Of a stretch of DNA of 64,000 bases, positions 1 to 10,900 are shown piece by piece; position 1 is the stretch's first letter; each line of letters begins with the position of its first letter. The notes under the pieces are model-generated. The model searched no databases. It saw nothing but the letters and a program-made list of their open reading frames with translations, and was not told the DNA's origin. Made by a program: the position numbers and the translations under genes. Origin of the DNA: Eledone cirrhosa (Eukaryota); contig OZ024741.1 of assembly GCA_964016885.1 (NCBI GenBank), positions 209,064,001 through 209,128,000 of the forward strand, read 5' to 3'.

Positions 1-106
1 TTTCGATACCTTCTGAGTTCAAATGCTACCAGTTTGACTTTTTTCATTCTTCCAAGGCCATTAAGTAGCTGTCATGTACTGAGATTTGTCGCAGTGAATA
101 GATTAC
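1..106 (+). mobile_element. Degenerate tRNA-derived SINE fragment (Octopus-type), truncated by window start
   Basis: TTCTGAGTTCAAAT (11-24) is B-box-like and is followed by ..GACTTTTTTCATTC..ATTAAGTAGCTGTCATGTACTGAG. This resembles my recollection of the abundant Octopus SINE body (GTTCTGAGTTCAAAT..GACTTTGCCTTTCATCC..TTAAGTACCAG..TACTGGG). Not database-checked. Confidence 0.5.
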
Positions 107-111
107 GGCGC

Positions 112-287
112 CTTCTCCTCCTCCTCCTCCTCCTGCTCATCATCATCATCATCATCATCATCATAGTCGTCGTCGTCGTCGTCGTCGTCGTCATCATCGT
201 CATCAGCGTCGTCATCGTCGTAGTCATCATTGTCATCAGCGTCGTCATCGTCATCAGCGTCGTCGTCGTCATCATCATCATCATCTT
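112..287. repeat. Compound trinucleotide microsatellite (CTC)n-(CAT)n-(CGT)n
   Basis: Directly visible. Explains the poly-D/E, poly-I/V and poly-M/T ORFs in the track. Confidence 0.95.
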
Positions 288-349
288 CTCTATCGAATTT
301 CAACCTTGGCTCTATGTTAGAAATCGATTCTATTTTAGAATTTTATATG

Positions 350-473
350 AAAAGGGAGAAGCCAGAAAGATGTGGGTGAGAAAAAGAGAAGAAAGTGGAA
401 GAGTAATATTGAAAAAGAAGGAGTTAAAGTGGGAGGAGAGGGAAAGCTGGGGAATTGGAAGGTAGGAGTGAGG
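350..473. repeat. Purine-rich (GA) low-complexity tract
   Basis: Strong A/G bias on the + strand. Confidence 0.6.
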
Positions 474-696
474 TAGTTTTCCTTATAAAAATTTAAAAAA
501 TTAACAAAAAATATTTTCAGAAAATAAAATAGACATATAAACGGATCAGAACAGTTTTTCTATGATTTATGATTACAAAACAAACAGCTGAGTCTAGTTC
601 ATGCGTCAGATTGAATTAAATAACTTATCTTCCATTCCAAAACCATCCAGCAACTGCTTTGGCGGAAGTCCACATCTCCTTTATCTTAACTTTTCA

Positions 697-872
697 TCTC
701 TCTGTGTTTCGGTCTGTCTGTCATTAAGTTGGTCTGTCTGTGCGTCTGTCTCCCTCTTTGTGTTCGTCGGTTGTCTATCTGTCGGTGTGCCTGTATGTTT
801 GTTTCTCTTTGTGTTGGTCAGTTGTCTCTCTGTTTGGTGTGTCTGCTCGCTGATACGTCTATCTGCCTATCT
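697..872. repeat. Degenerate (TCTG/TGTC)n low-complexity tract
   Basis: Repeated TCTG/TGTC/TGTT motifs. Confidence 0.7.
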
Positions 873-896
873 ACATGCCCAATTCTATAAACAAAT

Positions 897-1024
897 TATA
901 AGCAAACTATTTTATTTCTGACAGCCACGCATACTTAACACACACACACACACGCATAAATATAAGCAAACTATTTTATTTCTGACAGCCACGCATACTT
1001 AACACACACACACACACGCATAAA
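897..1024. repeat. Perfect 64-bp tandem duplication containing a (CA)n run
   Basis: TATAAGCAAACTATTTTATTTCTGACAGCCACGCATACTTAA(CA)nCGCATAAA occurs at 897-960 and again at 961-1024. Confidence 0.95.
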
Positions 1025-1082
1025 CATATATGCAGCCCACATATATACAGACTAATCCACATGCATACGTTACATACATATA

Positions 1083-1620
1083 TGATGACTGCCCCCTCGT
1101 TATCGAATATGGCCATTGCACGTTATACCATTATTAATAATTATTAATTAATTCTATCGTGCAATGCCTGTGCGTGAAGATTTTTTTTAAAGTGAGGAAA
1201 GACTGTGCACTAAAGCAATCCCACTCTCTGAGCGACAGTAGCTATAACCCGAAAAGAAGAAAAGATCAACATCATCGCTAACTACTGAGCCGCAGGTTTT
1301 ATATCGGTGTTATCCCAGTTTCCAGAGTTGGCTTCTCCCTCCTAGAAGAATGCCCTGAGAAAGGCTAGGGGTCCTTCACTCACAGTGGTTTAACCGCGCG
1401 GTACATGTGTATATACATATTTACACACTTTCGGATGGCCGTTGACTCTTATGAGTTCTTCTGCCCTTTGTCAGGTTTTGTTTTTTGTCCTGCAGGGTGT
1501 CCAAAATCACCCTCCTCACCAAGTAAACTTGGTGGGGTTGCCGGTTTAGTCGCCGACGACCCGACCATGCGACAGGTTGTACTGGGTTACATGTTACCAG
1601 TAGCACTCAAGAGTGACCCG
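1083..1620 (-). mobile_element. Probable non-autonomous/RTE-related retroelement remnant(s)
   Basis: GC-richer island between microsatellites. The 1083-1110 end (TGATGACTGCCCCCTCGTTATCGA) and 1310-1400 (AGAGTTGGCTTCTCCCTCCTAG..AGGCTAGG) recall reverse-oriented RTE 3' and 5' UTR segments. An internal inverted repeat CATTGCACG/CGTGCAATG lies at 1114-1122/1158-1166. Family assignment is from memory only. Confidence 0.35.
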
Positions 1621-1704
1621 ACATACATACATACATGCATACATACATACATACATACATACATACATACATACATACATACATACATACATACATACAT
1701 ACAT
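1621..1704. repeat. (ACAT)n tetranucleotide microsatellite
   Basis: About 20 near-perfect units. Confidence 0.95.
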
Positions 1705-1738
1705 AGTTATATTAATTTAGTTCGATTCATATATATAT

Positions 1739-1832
1739 ATAGGAAAAGGTTCAGGACCCCGACGGCAGAGTTCAAGAAATAGCCGCCGAAACGGCTTGAG
1801 TTCTGCCGCAGGTGTGCTGAACCTTTTCCTAT
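1739..1832. other. Long imperfect inverted repeat / hairpin (MITE or pre-miRNA-like)
   Basis: ATAGGAAAAGGTTCAG (1739-1754) pairs perfectly with CTGAACCTTTTCCTAT (1817-1832). An inner stem CGGCAGAGTTCAAG/CTTGAGTTCTGCCG pairs with two G-U wobbles. The apical region contains GCCGAAACGGC. Confidence 0.8.
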
Positions 1833-1906
1833 TAACCACTCTACTACCCAAAGTATTGAGTATTCTAGTGCGTTATGGTCCACCTGGTTCCCTACCACAC
1901 ATCCTA

Positions 1907-2000
1907 TGTTGAAAACATAGTATAGTATTACTGTTGAAAATATATAGTATAGTATAATATATATAGTATAGTATAATATATATAGTATAGTATAATAGAT
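1907..2000. repeat. AT-rich (TATAG)-based minisatellite, ~19-bp units
   Basis: ATATATAGTATAGTATAAT repeated about 3 times, preceded by two TGTTGAAAA..ATAGTATAGT copies. Confidence 0.8.
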
Positions 2001-2103
2001 ATTTTGATGTCACTTTTGTGCCAATGTATCAAAATGTCTTTACTTTAGCAACACCAGTAGGTGAAAGTAGGGAAAGCTGCTATATATAGTGTATATATAA
2101 GCA

Positions 2104-2265
2104 TGTCTATGAATGTTTGTGTGTGTATGTATAGTTTATCAATGATGCTTGATGTGTATATATATTTATGTGTGTGTATCTGTGATTATAAACTTATGTG
2201 TGTGTGTGCGTGTGTATGTGTGTGTGTGTACGAGTGTGTGTGTGTGGTGTATGTGTATATGTACA
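2104..2265. repeat. Degenerate (TG)n/(TA)n microsatellite
   Basis: Directly visible. Confidence 0.85.
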
Positions 2266-2376
2266 CATTAACCATTCTTCTGTTACCTTCACTATTTGAC
2301 CTCATGTACTGGTAATGGGCTGATGTATTTGAAGAAATTCTGTTTTTTTCCTCTCTCTCTCTCTCTGTTTATATAT

Positions 2377-2479
2377 ATTTGGTGCCCCCCCCCCCCTCCA
2401 ATATATATATATATATATATGGGGGGGGGGCACCAAATTTGAACTGCCCCGAGTTCCCCAAGGTCTAACTTTCGCCCTG
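2377..2479. mobile_element. Palindromic remnant, possibly the end of a non-autonomous DNA transposon
   Basis: ATTTGGTG-C12 ... (AT)10 ... G10-CACCAAAT forms a palindrome at 2377-2438. It is followed by ..GCCCCGAGTTCCCC..TTCGCCCTG, which ends like CAGGGC/GCCCTG-type TIRs. No partner TIR was seen. Confidence 0.3.
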
Positions 2480-2516
2480 ATGACAATGTATGTATTTATG
2501 TATTTATAATCAATGT

Positions 2517-2880
2517 GAAGACGTGTGGCTTATTGGTTAAGGTGTTTGACTCATAATTATAAATTCAATTCCTGGCAGTGCTTGGTGCCGTTCAATAAAA
2601 CATTTTTTTTTCAGGTTGCTCCAGTTCACTCATACGAGTTGTACCTGAAATTGATTGTCATACTGAATATCTCTGAGAACTACATTAAGGATATACGTCT
2701 CTGTGAAATGCCCAGCCACTTGTAGGCTGGATCGAGGTCCAATAATTTCTGAAGAAGTGATAGAGTAGTCACGCCTGGAATCCCTTTCATCATATATCAG
2801 CTCGTTTAGGAGAGTTGGCCTGCAGTTAAATAACAATTACAATGACGGGCACATTAGATAATGTAGCCATAGATACGCTA
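2517..2880 (+). mobile_element. Degenerate tRNA-derived SINE (Octopus-type)
   Basis: A-box-like TGGCTTATTGG (2526-2536) and B-box-like TTCAATTCC (2564-2572), then ..AAAACATTT..GTTGCTCCAGTTCACTCA, resembling a recalled cephalopod SINE body. Interrupted at 2880 by the Helitron. Confidence 0.6.
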
Positions 2881-3796
2881 TCTCTCTATATATATAACGG
2901 TAGATGTCTGTGTGTGTATGATTTTTATGCATTTCCACATTTCTCTACCAATTTTGATGATTTTTTTTCCAATGTGCTCCAAATTTACCAAGGCGTAATA
3001 AAGTTTGCCAAAGATTTCCTGCTTCTATGAAAAAAATCGATAAAACTAAATACATGATGTAACCCTCTCTCTTACATGCTTATTCACTCTCACTACTACC
3101 ATCAACAATCTATGAAACTACATACATGTTGCAACTCTCTTTAAAAGGTTCATCCCTCCCTCTACTCTACTCTCAATCTCCTCTGCAATTCTCTTTAAAA
3201 GGTTCATCCCTCCCTCTACTCCCCCTTCAATCTCTTCTGCAACTCTCTTTAAAAGGTTACTGCCTCCGTCTACTACCCTGTCACCATTACAATTTAGAAC
3301 AGCGACAAAACTTCTTTTCAAGGAACGCGACACAAACTTTGAAAACTAAGCAATACATCGATTTATACAACAACAAACATAGCTTCACTCTCTCCTCCGC
3401 TCTTCCCTCTCTCCACAATAGATTATTCCCCCTCTCTATAATTTAACTGCTTTACTCTCTTCATGCATCGAGGTTTAACACACATTCATACAACTTACTT
3501 AATACTCACTTTCCACTTATTCACTGTTCAATTGAAATTTTTCGCTACTCCCCCTTGACACCCAGCGGCATCAGGGCCACCATCTTGAAACTTTGTTCTG
3601 CTAAATTCGCTATTAGAAGATTATTAACCCATCATTGATTGTCCAAAATGCTAATTGGTTCGTAACTTTTAATAACCTGTTCAACTGCTTTATGCACTTA
3701 ATTGATAAGCTTATTCGCTTTCAAGCCACGTTTACCTGTATGTAACTTTTCATAGCAAAATGAACAAACCCGAGCAACGCCGGGCTAAACTGCTAG
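2881..3796 (+). mobile_element. Non-autonomous Helitron-like element
   Basis: Starts TC (TCTCTCTATATATATAA) after host A2880 and ends CTAG (3793-3796) before host T3797. A subterminal GC hairpin CCCGAGCAACGCCGGG (3769-3784) lies ~8 nt upstream of the CTAG. No TSD. These are the canonical Helitron termini and A|T target. Confidence 0.75.
3131..3279. repeat. 54-bp tandem repeat (~2.7 copies) internal to the Helitron
   Basis: GCAACTCTCTTTAAAAGGTTCATCCCTCCCTCTACT.. units start at 3131, 3185 and 3239. Confidence 0.9.
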
Positions 3797-3998
3797 TACT
3801 TGAATAAAGATGTTGTGTTCACGATAGAAATGTCTTTGGTCATAGTTTAGTTCGTTTAGGAGGACTGACCTGAGGGATCAACATCAACAAGGAAGAACAT
3901 GTTAGATAATATAGTTCTAGATAAACGTTGAATAAACGTTGTGGTAGTTACATGAACATCTTTGTCTATAAGTTGCATGTTCAGGACTGATATGGGGC

Positions 3999-4373
3999 TA
4001 AACAACATCAACAACAAAAACAACAGCAATAGCAACAATAACAACAACAACAACAAAGCAGTAGTAGTAACAACAGCAGTAGCAGCCGTAGCAATGACAA
4101 CAATAAAAATATCAGCAACAACAATAACAGAAGCAGCAGGAACAACAACAACAGCAACAACAACAATAGTAGCAATAACAACAAAAACTGCAGTAAAACA
4201 ACAAAAGCTACTGCAACAGCAATAACAACGATGGTGGCAACAGAAACCACATCAGTAGTAGTAACAACAATACATAACAATAACAACAAAAAAGTCATCA
4301 ACAGCAGCCTCAACAACAACTACAGCAACGACCTCGACGACGCCGGCAACGACAATAACATCAACAACAACAA
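3999..4373. repeat. Degenerate (CAA)n/(CAG)n trinucleotide microsatellite
   Basis: Directly visible. Source of the poly-L/N/T ORFs. Confidence 0.9.
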
Positions 4374-4475
4374 TGAAAAGTGGCTTGTTGAGTGGAAATT
4401 CTCTCTAACAGGTATTACTACCACCGATTCCACCTTTTACACAGTGCAGTGTCTGAAGGAATAATGAGGGGCTGA

Positions 4476-4548
4476 GACAAAAGCCTTTCACAACTTCACA
4501 ACTATAAGAGGATAAAAAAAGCATACGCTGTTGACAACCTTTCACAAC
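4476..4548 (+). repeat. Orphan, diverged fragments of the 42-bp satellite monomer
   Basis: CTGTTGACAACCTTTCACAAC (4528-4548) matches monomer CTGTTGACAATCTTTCACAAC at 20/21. A second fragment, GACAAAAGCCTTTCACAAC, is at 4476-4494. Confidence 0.8.
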
Positions 4549-4584
4549 TTCATCGGTCATTAGAAGTAGGGGATAAGTTATAAG

Positions 4585-4771
4585 TCACTGCCATCGATTC
4601 TCCCGCTCTCCCCATCTATCACTGTTATGGGAAAATGGGGTACCACGCACTGGCCGCCCCACGGCCCCGACGGACAGAATGGAGAAGGCGTATTCCCCGG
4701 AGAATGGTGAGAGAGACGCGTTGGAAAAGCCATTCCAGCTCACGAGGTTCACACCTGCGGTCAGCCAACTC
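4585..4771 (-). mobile_element. 5'-truncated 3' end of a CRE-like (restriction-like endonuclease) non-LTR retrotransposon ORF, frameshifted
   Basis: The minus strand from 4771 translates ELADRRCEPRELEWLFQRVSLTILRG. Removing 1 nt at ~4692 continues it as NAFSILSVG (the AFSILSVG frame is track ORF 4585..4791). This matches the C-terminal motif typical of CRE-clade ORFs (DPRE..[FW]L.QR[LIV]S.A[IV]QRGNA.S[IV]L). The segment is GC-rich relative to its flanks. Confidence 0.7.
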
Positions 4772-4938
4772 TTAAGGCACACACCGTTCACAATTGTTCA
4801 CATTGTCGTACTAAAGCACATAGGGTTGACAAGCTTTCACAACATTGTCATATTAAGGTACATACGGTTGACAATCTTTCACAACATTGTCATACTAAGA
4901 CACATAGTGTTGACAATCTTTCACAACATTGTCGTACT

Positions 4939-7900
4939 AAAGCACATAGGGTTGACAAGCTTTCACAACATTGTCATATTAAGGTACATACGGTTGACAA
5001 TCTTTCACAACATTGTCATACTAAGACACATACTGTTGACAATCTTTCACAACATTGTCATACTAAGACACATACTGTTGACAATCTTTCACAACATTGT
5101 CATACTAAGACACATAGTGTTGACAATCTTTCACAACATTGTCATACTAAGACACATACTGTTGACAATCTTTCACAACATTGTCATACTAAGACACATA
5201 GTGTTGACAATCTTTCACAACATTGTCATACTAAGACACATACTGTTGACAATCTTTCACAACATTGTCATACTAAGACACATACTGTTGACAATCTTTC
5301 ACAACATTGTCATACTAAGACACATAGTGTTGACAATCTTTCACAACATTGTCATACTAAGACACATACTGTTGACAATCTTTCACAACATTGTCATACT
5401 AAGACACATAGTGTTGACAATCTTTCACAACATTGTCATACTAAGACACATAGTGTTGACAATCTTTCACAACATTGTCATACTAAGACACATAGTGTTG
5501 ACAATCTTTCACAACATTGTCATACTAAGACACATACTGTTGACAATCTTTCACAACATTGTCGTACTAAGACACATAGTGTTGACAATCTTTCACAACA
5601 TTGTCATACTAAGACACATAGGGTTGACAAGCTTTCACAACATTGTCATACTAAGACACATAGTGTTGACAATCTTTCACAACATTGTCATACTAAGACA
5701 CATAGTGTTGACAATCTTTCACAACATTGTCATACTAAGACACATAGGGTTGACAAGCTTTCACAACATTGTCATATTAAGGTACATACGGTTGACAATC
5801 TTTCACAACATTGTCATACTAAGACACATAGTGTTGACAATCTTTCACAACATTGTCATACTAAGACACATAGTGTTGACAATCTTTCACAACATTGTCA
5901 TACTAAGACACATACTGTTGACAATCTTTCACAACATTGTCGTACTAAGACACATAGTGTTGACAATCTTTCACAACATTGTCATACTAAGACACATAGG
6001 GTTGACAAGCTTTCACAACATTGTCATACTAAGACACATAGTGTTGACAATCTTTCACAACATTGTCATACTAAGACACATAGTGTTGACAATCTTTCAC
6101 AACATTGTCATACTAAGACACATAGGGTTGACAAGCTTTCACAACATTGTCATATTAAGGTACATACGGTTGACAATCTTTCACAACATTGTCATACTAA
6201 GACACATAGTGTTGACAATCTTTCACAACATTGTCATACTAAGACACATAGTGTTGACAATCTTTCACAACATTGTCATACTAAGACACATACTGTTGAC
6301 AATCTTTCACAACATTGTCGTACTAAGACACATAGTGTTGACAATCTTTCACAACATTGTCATACTAAGACACATAGTGTTGACAATCTTTCACAACATT
6401 GTCATACTAAGACACATACTGTTGACAATCTTTCACAACATTGTCGTACTAAGACACATAGTGTTGACAATCTTTCACAACATTGTCATACTAAGACACA
6501 TAGTGTTGACAATCTCTCACAACATTGTCGTACTAAGACAGTTACTGTTGACAATCTTTCACAACATTGTCATACTAAGACAGTTACTGTTGACAATCTT
6601 TCACAACATTGTCATACTAAGACACATAGTGTTGACAATCTTTCACAACATTGTCATACTAAGACACATACTGTTGACAATCTTTCACAACATTGTCGTA
6701 CTAAGACACATAGTGTTGACAATCTTTCACAACATTGTCATACTAAGACACATAGTGTTGACAATCTTTCACAACATTGTCATACTAAGACACATACTGT
6801 TGACAATCTTTCACAACATTGTCGTACTAAGACACATAGTGTTGACAATCTTTCACAACATTGTCATACTAAGACACATAGTGTTGACAATCTTTCACAA
6901 CATTGTCGTACTAAGACAGTTACTGTTGACAATCTTTCACAACATTGTCATACTAAGACAGTTACTGTTGACAATCTTTCACAACATTGTCGTACTAAGA
7001 CACATACTGTTAACAATCTTTCACAACATTGTCGTACTAAAGCACATAGGGTTGACAATCTTTCACAACATTGTCATGTTAAGGTACATACGGTTGACAA
7101 TCTTTCACAACATTGTCATACTAAGACACATAGTGTTGACAATCTTTCACAACATTGTCATACTAAGACACATAGTGTTGACAATCTTTCACAACATTGT
7201 CATACTAAGACACATACTGTTGACAATCTTTCACAACATTGTCGTACTAAGACACATAGTGTTGACAATCTTTCACAACATTGTCATACTAAGACACATA
7301 GTGTTGACAATCTTTCACAACATTGTCATACTAAGACACATACTGTTGACAATCTTTCACAACATTGTCGTACTAAGACACATAGTGTTGACAATCTTTC
7401 ACAACATTGTCATACTAAGACACATAGTGTTGACAATCTTTCACAACATTGTCGTACTAAGACAGTTACTGTTGACAATCTTTCACAACATTGTCATACT
7501 AAGACAGTTACTGTTGACAATCTTTCACAACATTGTCGTACTAAGACACATACTGTTAACAATCTTTCACAACATTGTCATACTAAGACACATACTGTTA
7601 ACAATCTTTCACAACATTGTCGTACTAAGACACATAGTGTTGACAATCTTTCACAACATTGTCATACTAAGACACATAGTGTTGACAATCTTTCACAACA
7701 TTGTCGTACTAAGACAGTTACTGTTGACAATCTTTCACAACATTGTCATACTAAGACAGTTACTGTTGACAATCTTTCACAACATTGTCGTACTAAGACA
7801 CATAGTGTTGACAATCTTTCACAACATTGTCATACTAAGACACATACTGTTGACAATCTTTCACAACATTGTCATACTAAGACACATACTGTTGACAATC

Positions 7901-10900
7901 TTTCACAACATTGTCATACTAAGACACATAGTGTTGACAATCTTTCACAACATTGTCATACTAAGACACATAGTGTTGACAATCTTTCACAACATTGTCA
8001 TACTAAGACACATAATGTTGACAATCTTTCACAACATTGTCGTACTAAGACAGTTACTGTTGACAATCTTTCACAACATTGTCGTACTAAGACAGTTACT
8101 GTTGACAATCTTTCACAACATTGTCGTACTAAGACACATACTGTTAACAATCTTTCACAACATTGTCATACTAAGACACATAGTGTTGACAATCTTTCAC
8201 AACATTGTCATACTAAGACACATACTGTTGACAATCTTTCACAACATTGTCATACTAAGACACATAGTGTTGACAATCTTTCACAACATTGTCATACTAA
8301 GACACATACTGTTGACAATCTTTCACAACATTGTCATACTAAGACACATAGTGTTGACAATCTTTCACAACATTGTCATACTAAGACACATACTGTTGAC
8401 AATCTTTCACAACATTGTCATACTAAGACACATAGTGTTGACAATCTTTCACAACATTGTCGTACTAAGACAGTTACTGTTGACAATCTTTCACAACATT
8501 GTCATACTAAGACAGTTACTGTTGACAATCTTTCACAACATTGTCGTACTAAGACACATACTGTTAACAATCTTTCACAACATTGTCATACTAAGACACA
8601 TACTGTTAACAATCTTTCACAACATTGTCATACTAAGACACATAGTGTTGACAATCTTTCACAACATTGTCATACTAAGACACATAGTGTTGACAATCTT
8701 TCACAACATTGTCATACTAAGACACATACTGTTGACAATCTTTCACAACATTGTCGTACTAAGACACATAGTGTTGACAATCTTTCACAACATTGTCATA
8801 CTAAGACACATAGTGTTGACAATCTTTCACAACATTGTCATACTAAGACACATACTGTTGACAATCTTTCACAACATTGTCGTACTAAGACACATAGTGT
8901 TGACAATCTTTCACAACATTGTCATACTAAGACACATAGTGTTGACAATCTTTCACAACATTGTGGTACTAAGACAGTTACTGTTGACAATCTTTCACAA
9001 CATTGTCATACTAAGACAGTTACTGTTGACAATCTTTCACAACATTGTCGTACTAAGACACATACTGTTAACAATCTTTCACAACATTGTCGTACTAAAG
9101 CACATAGGGTTGACAAGCTTTCACAACATTGTCATATTAAGGTACATACGGTTGACAATCTTTCACAACATTGTCATACTAAGACACATAGTGTTGACAA
9201 TCTTTCACAACATTGTCATACTAAGACACATAGTGTTGACAATCTTTCACAACATTGTCATACTAAGACACATACTGTTGACAATCTTTCACAACATTGT
9301 CGTACTAAGACACATAGTGTTGACAATCTTTCACAACATTGTCATACTAAGACACATAGTGTTGACAATCTTTCACAACGTTGTCATACTAAGACACATA
9401 CTGTTGACAATCTTTCACAACATTGTCGTACTAAGACACATAGTGTTGACAATCTTTCACAACATTGTCATACTAAGACACATAGTGTTGACAATCTTTC
9501 ACAACATTGTCGTACTAAGTCAGTTACTGTTGACAATCTTTCACAACATTGTCATACTAAGACAGTTACTGTTGACAATCTTTCACAACATTGTCGTACT
9601 AAGACACATACTGTTAACAATCTTTCACAACATTGTCATACTAAGACACATACTGTTAACAATCTTTCACAACATTGTCGTACTAAGACACATAGTGTTG
9701 ACAATCTTTCACAACATTGTCATACTAAGACACATAGTGTTGACAATCTTTCACAACATTGTCGTACTAAGACAGTTACTGTTGACAATCTTTCACAACA
9801 TTGTCATACTAAGACACATACTGTTGACAATCTTTCACAACATTGTCATACTAAGACACATAGTGTTGACAATCTTTCACAACATTGTCATACTAAGACA
9901 CATAGTGTTGACAATCTTTCACAACATTGTCATACTAAGACACATAGTGTTGACAATCTTTCACAACATTGTCATACTAAGACACATAGTGTTGACAATC
10001 TTTCACAACATTGTCGTACTAAGACAGTTACTGTTGACAATCTTTCACAACATTGTCGTACTAAGGCACATAGTGTTGACAATCTTTCACAACATTGTCA
10101 TACTAAGACACATACTGTTGACAATCTTTCACAACATTGTCATACTAAGACACATACTGTTGACAATCTTTCACAACATTGTCATACTAAGACACATAGT
10201 GTTGACAATCTTTCACAACATTGTCATACTAAGACACATAGTGTTGACAATCTTTCACAACATTGTCATACTAAGACACATAGTGTTGACAATCTTTCAC
10301 AACATTGTCGTACTAAGACAGTTACTGTTGACAATCTTTCACAACATTGTCGTACTAAGACAGTTACTGTTGACAATCTTTCACAACATTGTCGTACTAA
10401 GACACATACTGTTAACAATCTTTCACAACATTGTCATACTAAGACACATAGTGTTGACAATCTTTCACAACATTGTCATACTAAGACACATACTGTTGAC
10501 AATCTTTCACAACATTGTCATACTAAGACACATAGTGTTGACAATCTTTCACAACATTGTCATACTAAGACACATACTGTTGACAATCTTTCACAACATT
10601 GTCATACTAAGACACATAGTGTTGACAATCTTTCACAACATTGTCGTACTAAGACAGTTACTGTTGACAATCTTTCACAACATTGTCATACTAAGACAGT
10701 TACTGTTGACAATCTTTCACAACATTGTCGTACTAAGACACATACTGTTAACAATCTTTCACAACATTGTCATACTAAGACACATACTGTTAACAATCTT
10801 TCACAACATTGTCATACTAAGACACATAGTGTTGACAATCTTTCACAACATTGTCATACTAAGACACATAGTGTTGACAATCTTTCACAACATTGTCATA

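Noticed and set aside
1770-1800. Penelope-type hammerhead ribozyme suggested by CGAAAC in the hairpin loop
   Set aside because: The required CUGANGA core is not present upstream.
1795-1824. Gapped similarity between the hairpin 3' arm (reverse complement AGGTTCAGCACACCTGCGGCAGAACTCAAG) and 4745-4776 (AGGTTCACACCTGCGGTCAGCCAACTCTTAAG)
   Set aside because: The match is short and needs several gaps, and the 4745-4771 segment is explained as CRE coding sequence. Probably chance.
2517-2580. tRNA gene (A- and B-box-like motifs)
   Set aside because: No cloverleaf could be formed, and the sequence continues into a SINE-like body.
34-4464. Short ORFs in the flank (poly-D/E, poly-L, poly-N/T, YIHT and CV repeats, GMNLLKRVAEEIE repeats)
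   Set aside because: All are translations of microsatellites or transposon-internal tandem repeats, with no recognisable domain.
4826-4860. Bacterial sigma70-like TTGACA with downstream CATACT/CATATT in each monomer
   Set aside because: The spacing is near promoter-like (17 bp), but the context is eukaryotic satellite DNA. Coincidental, though it could affect cloning in E. coli.
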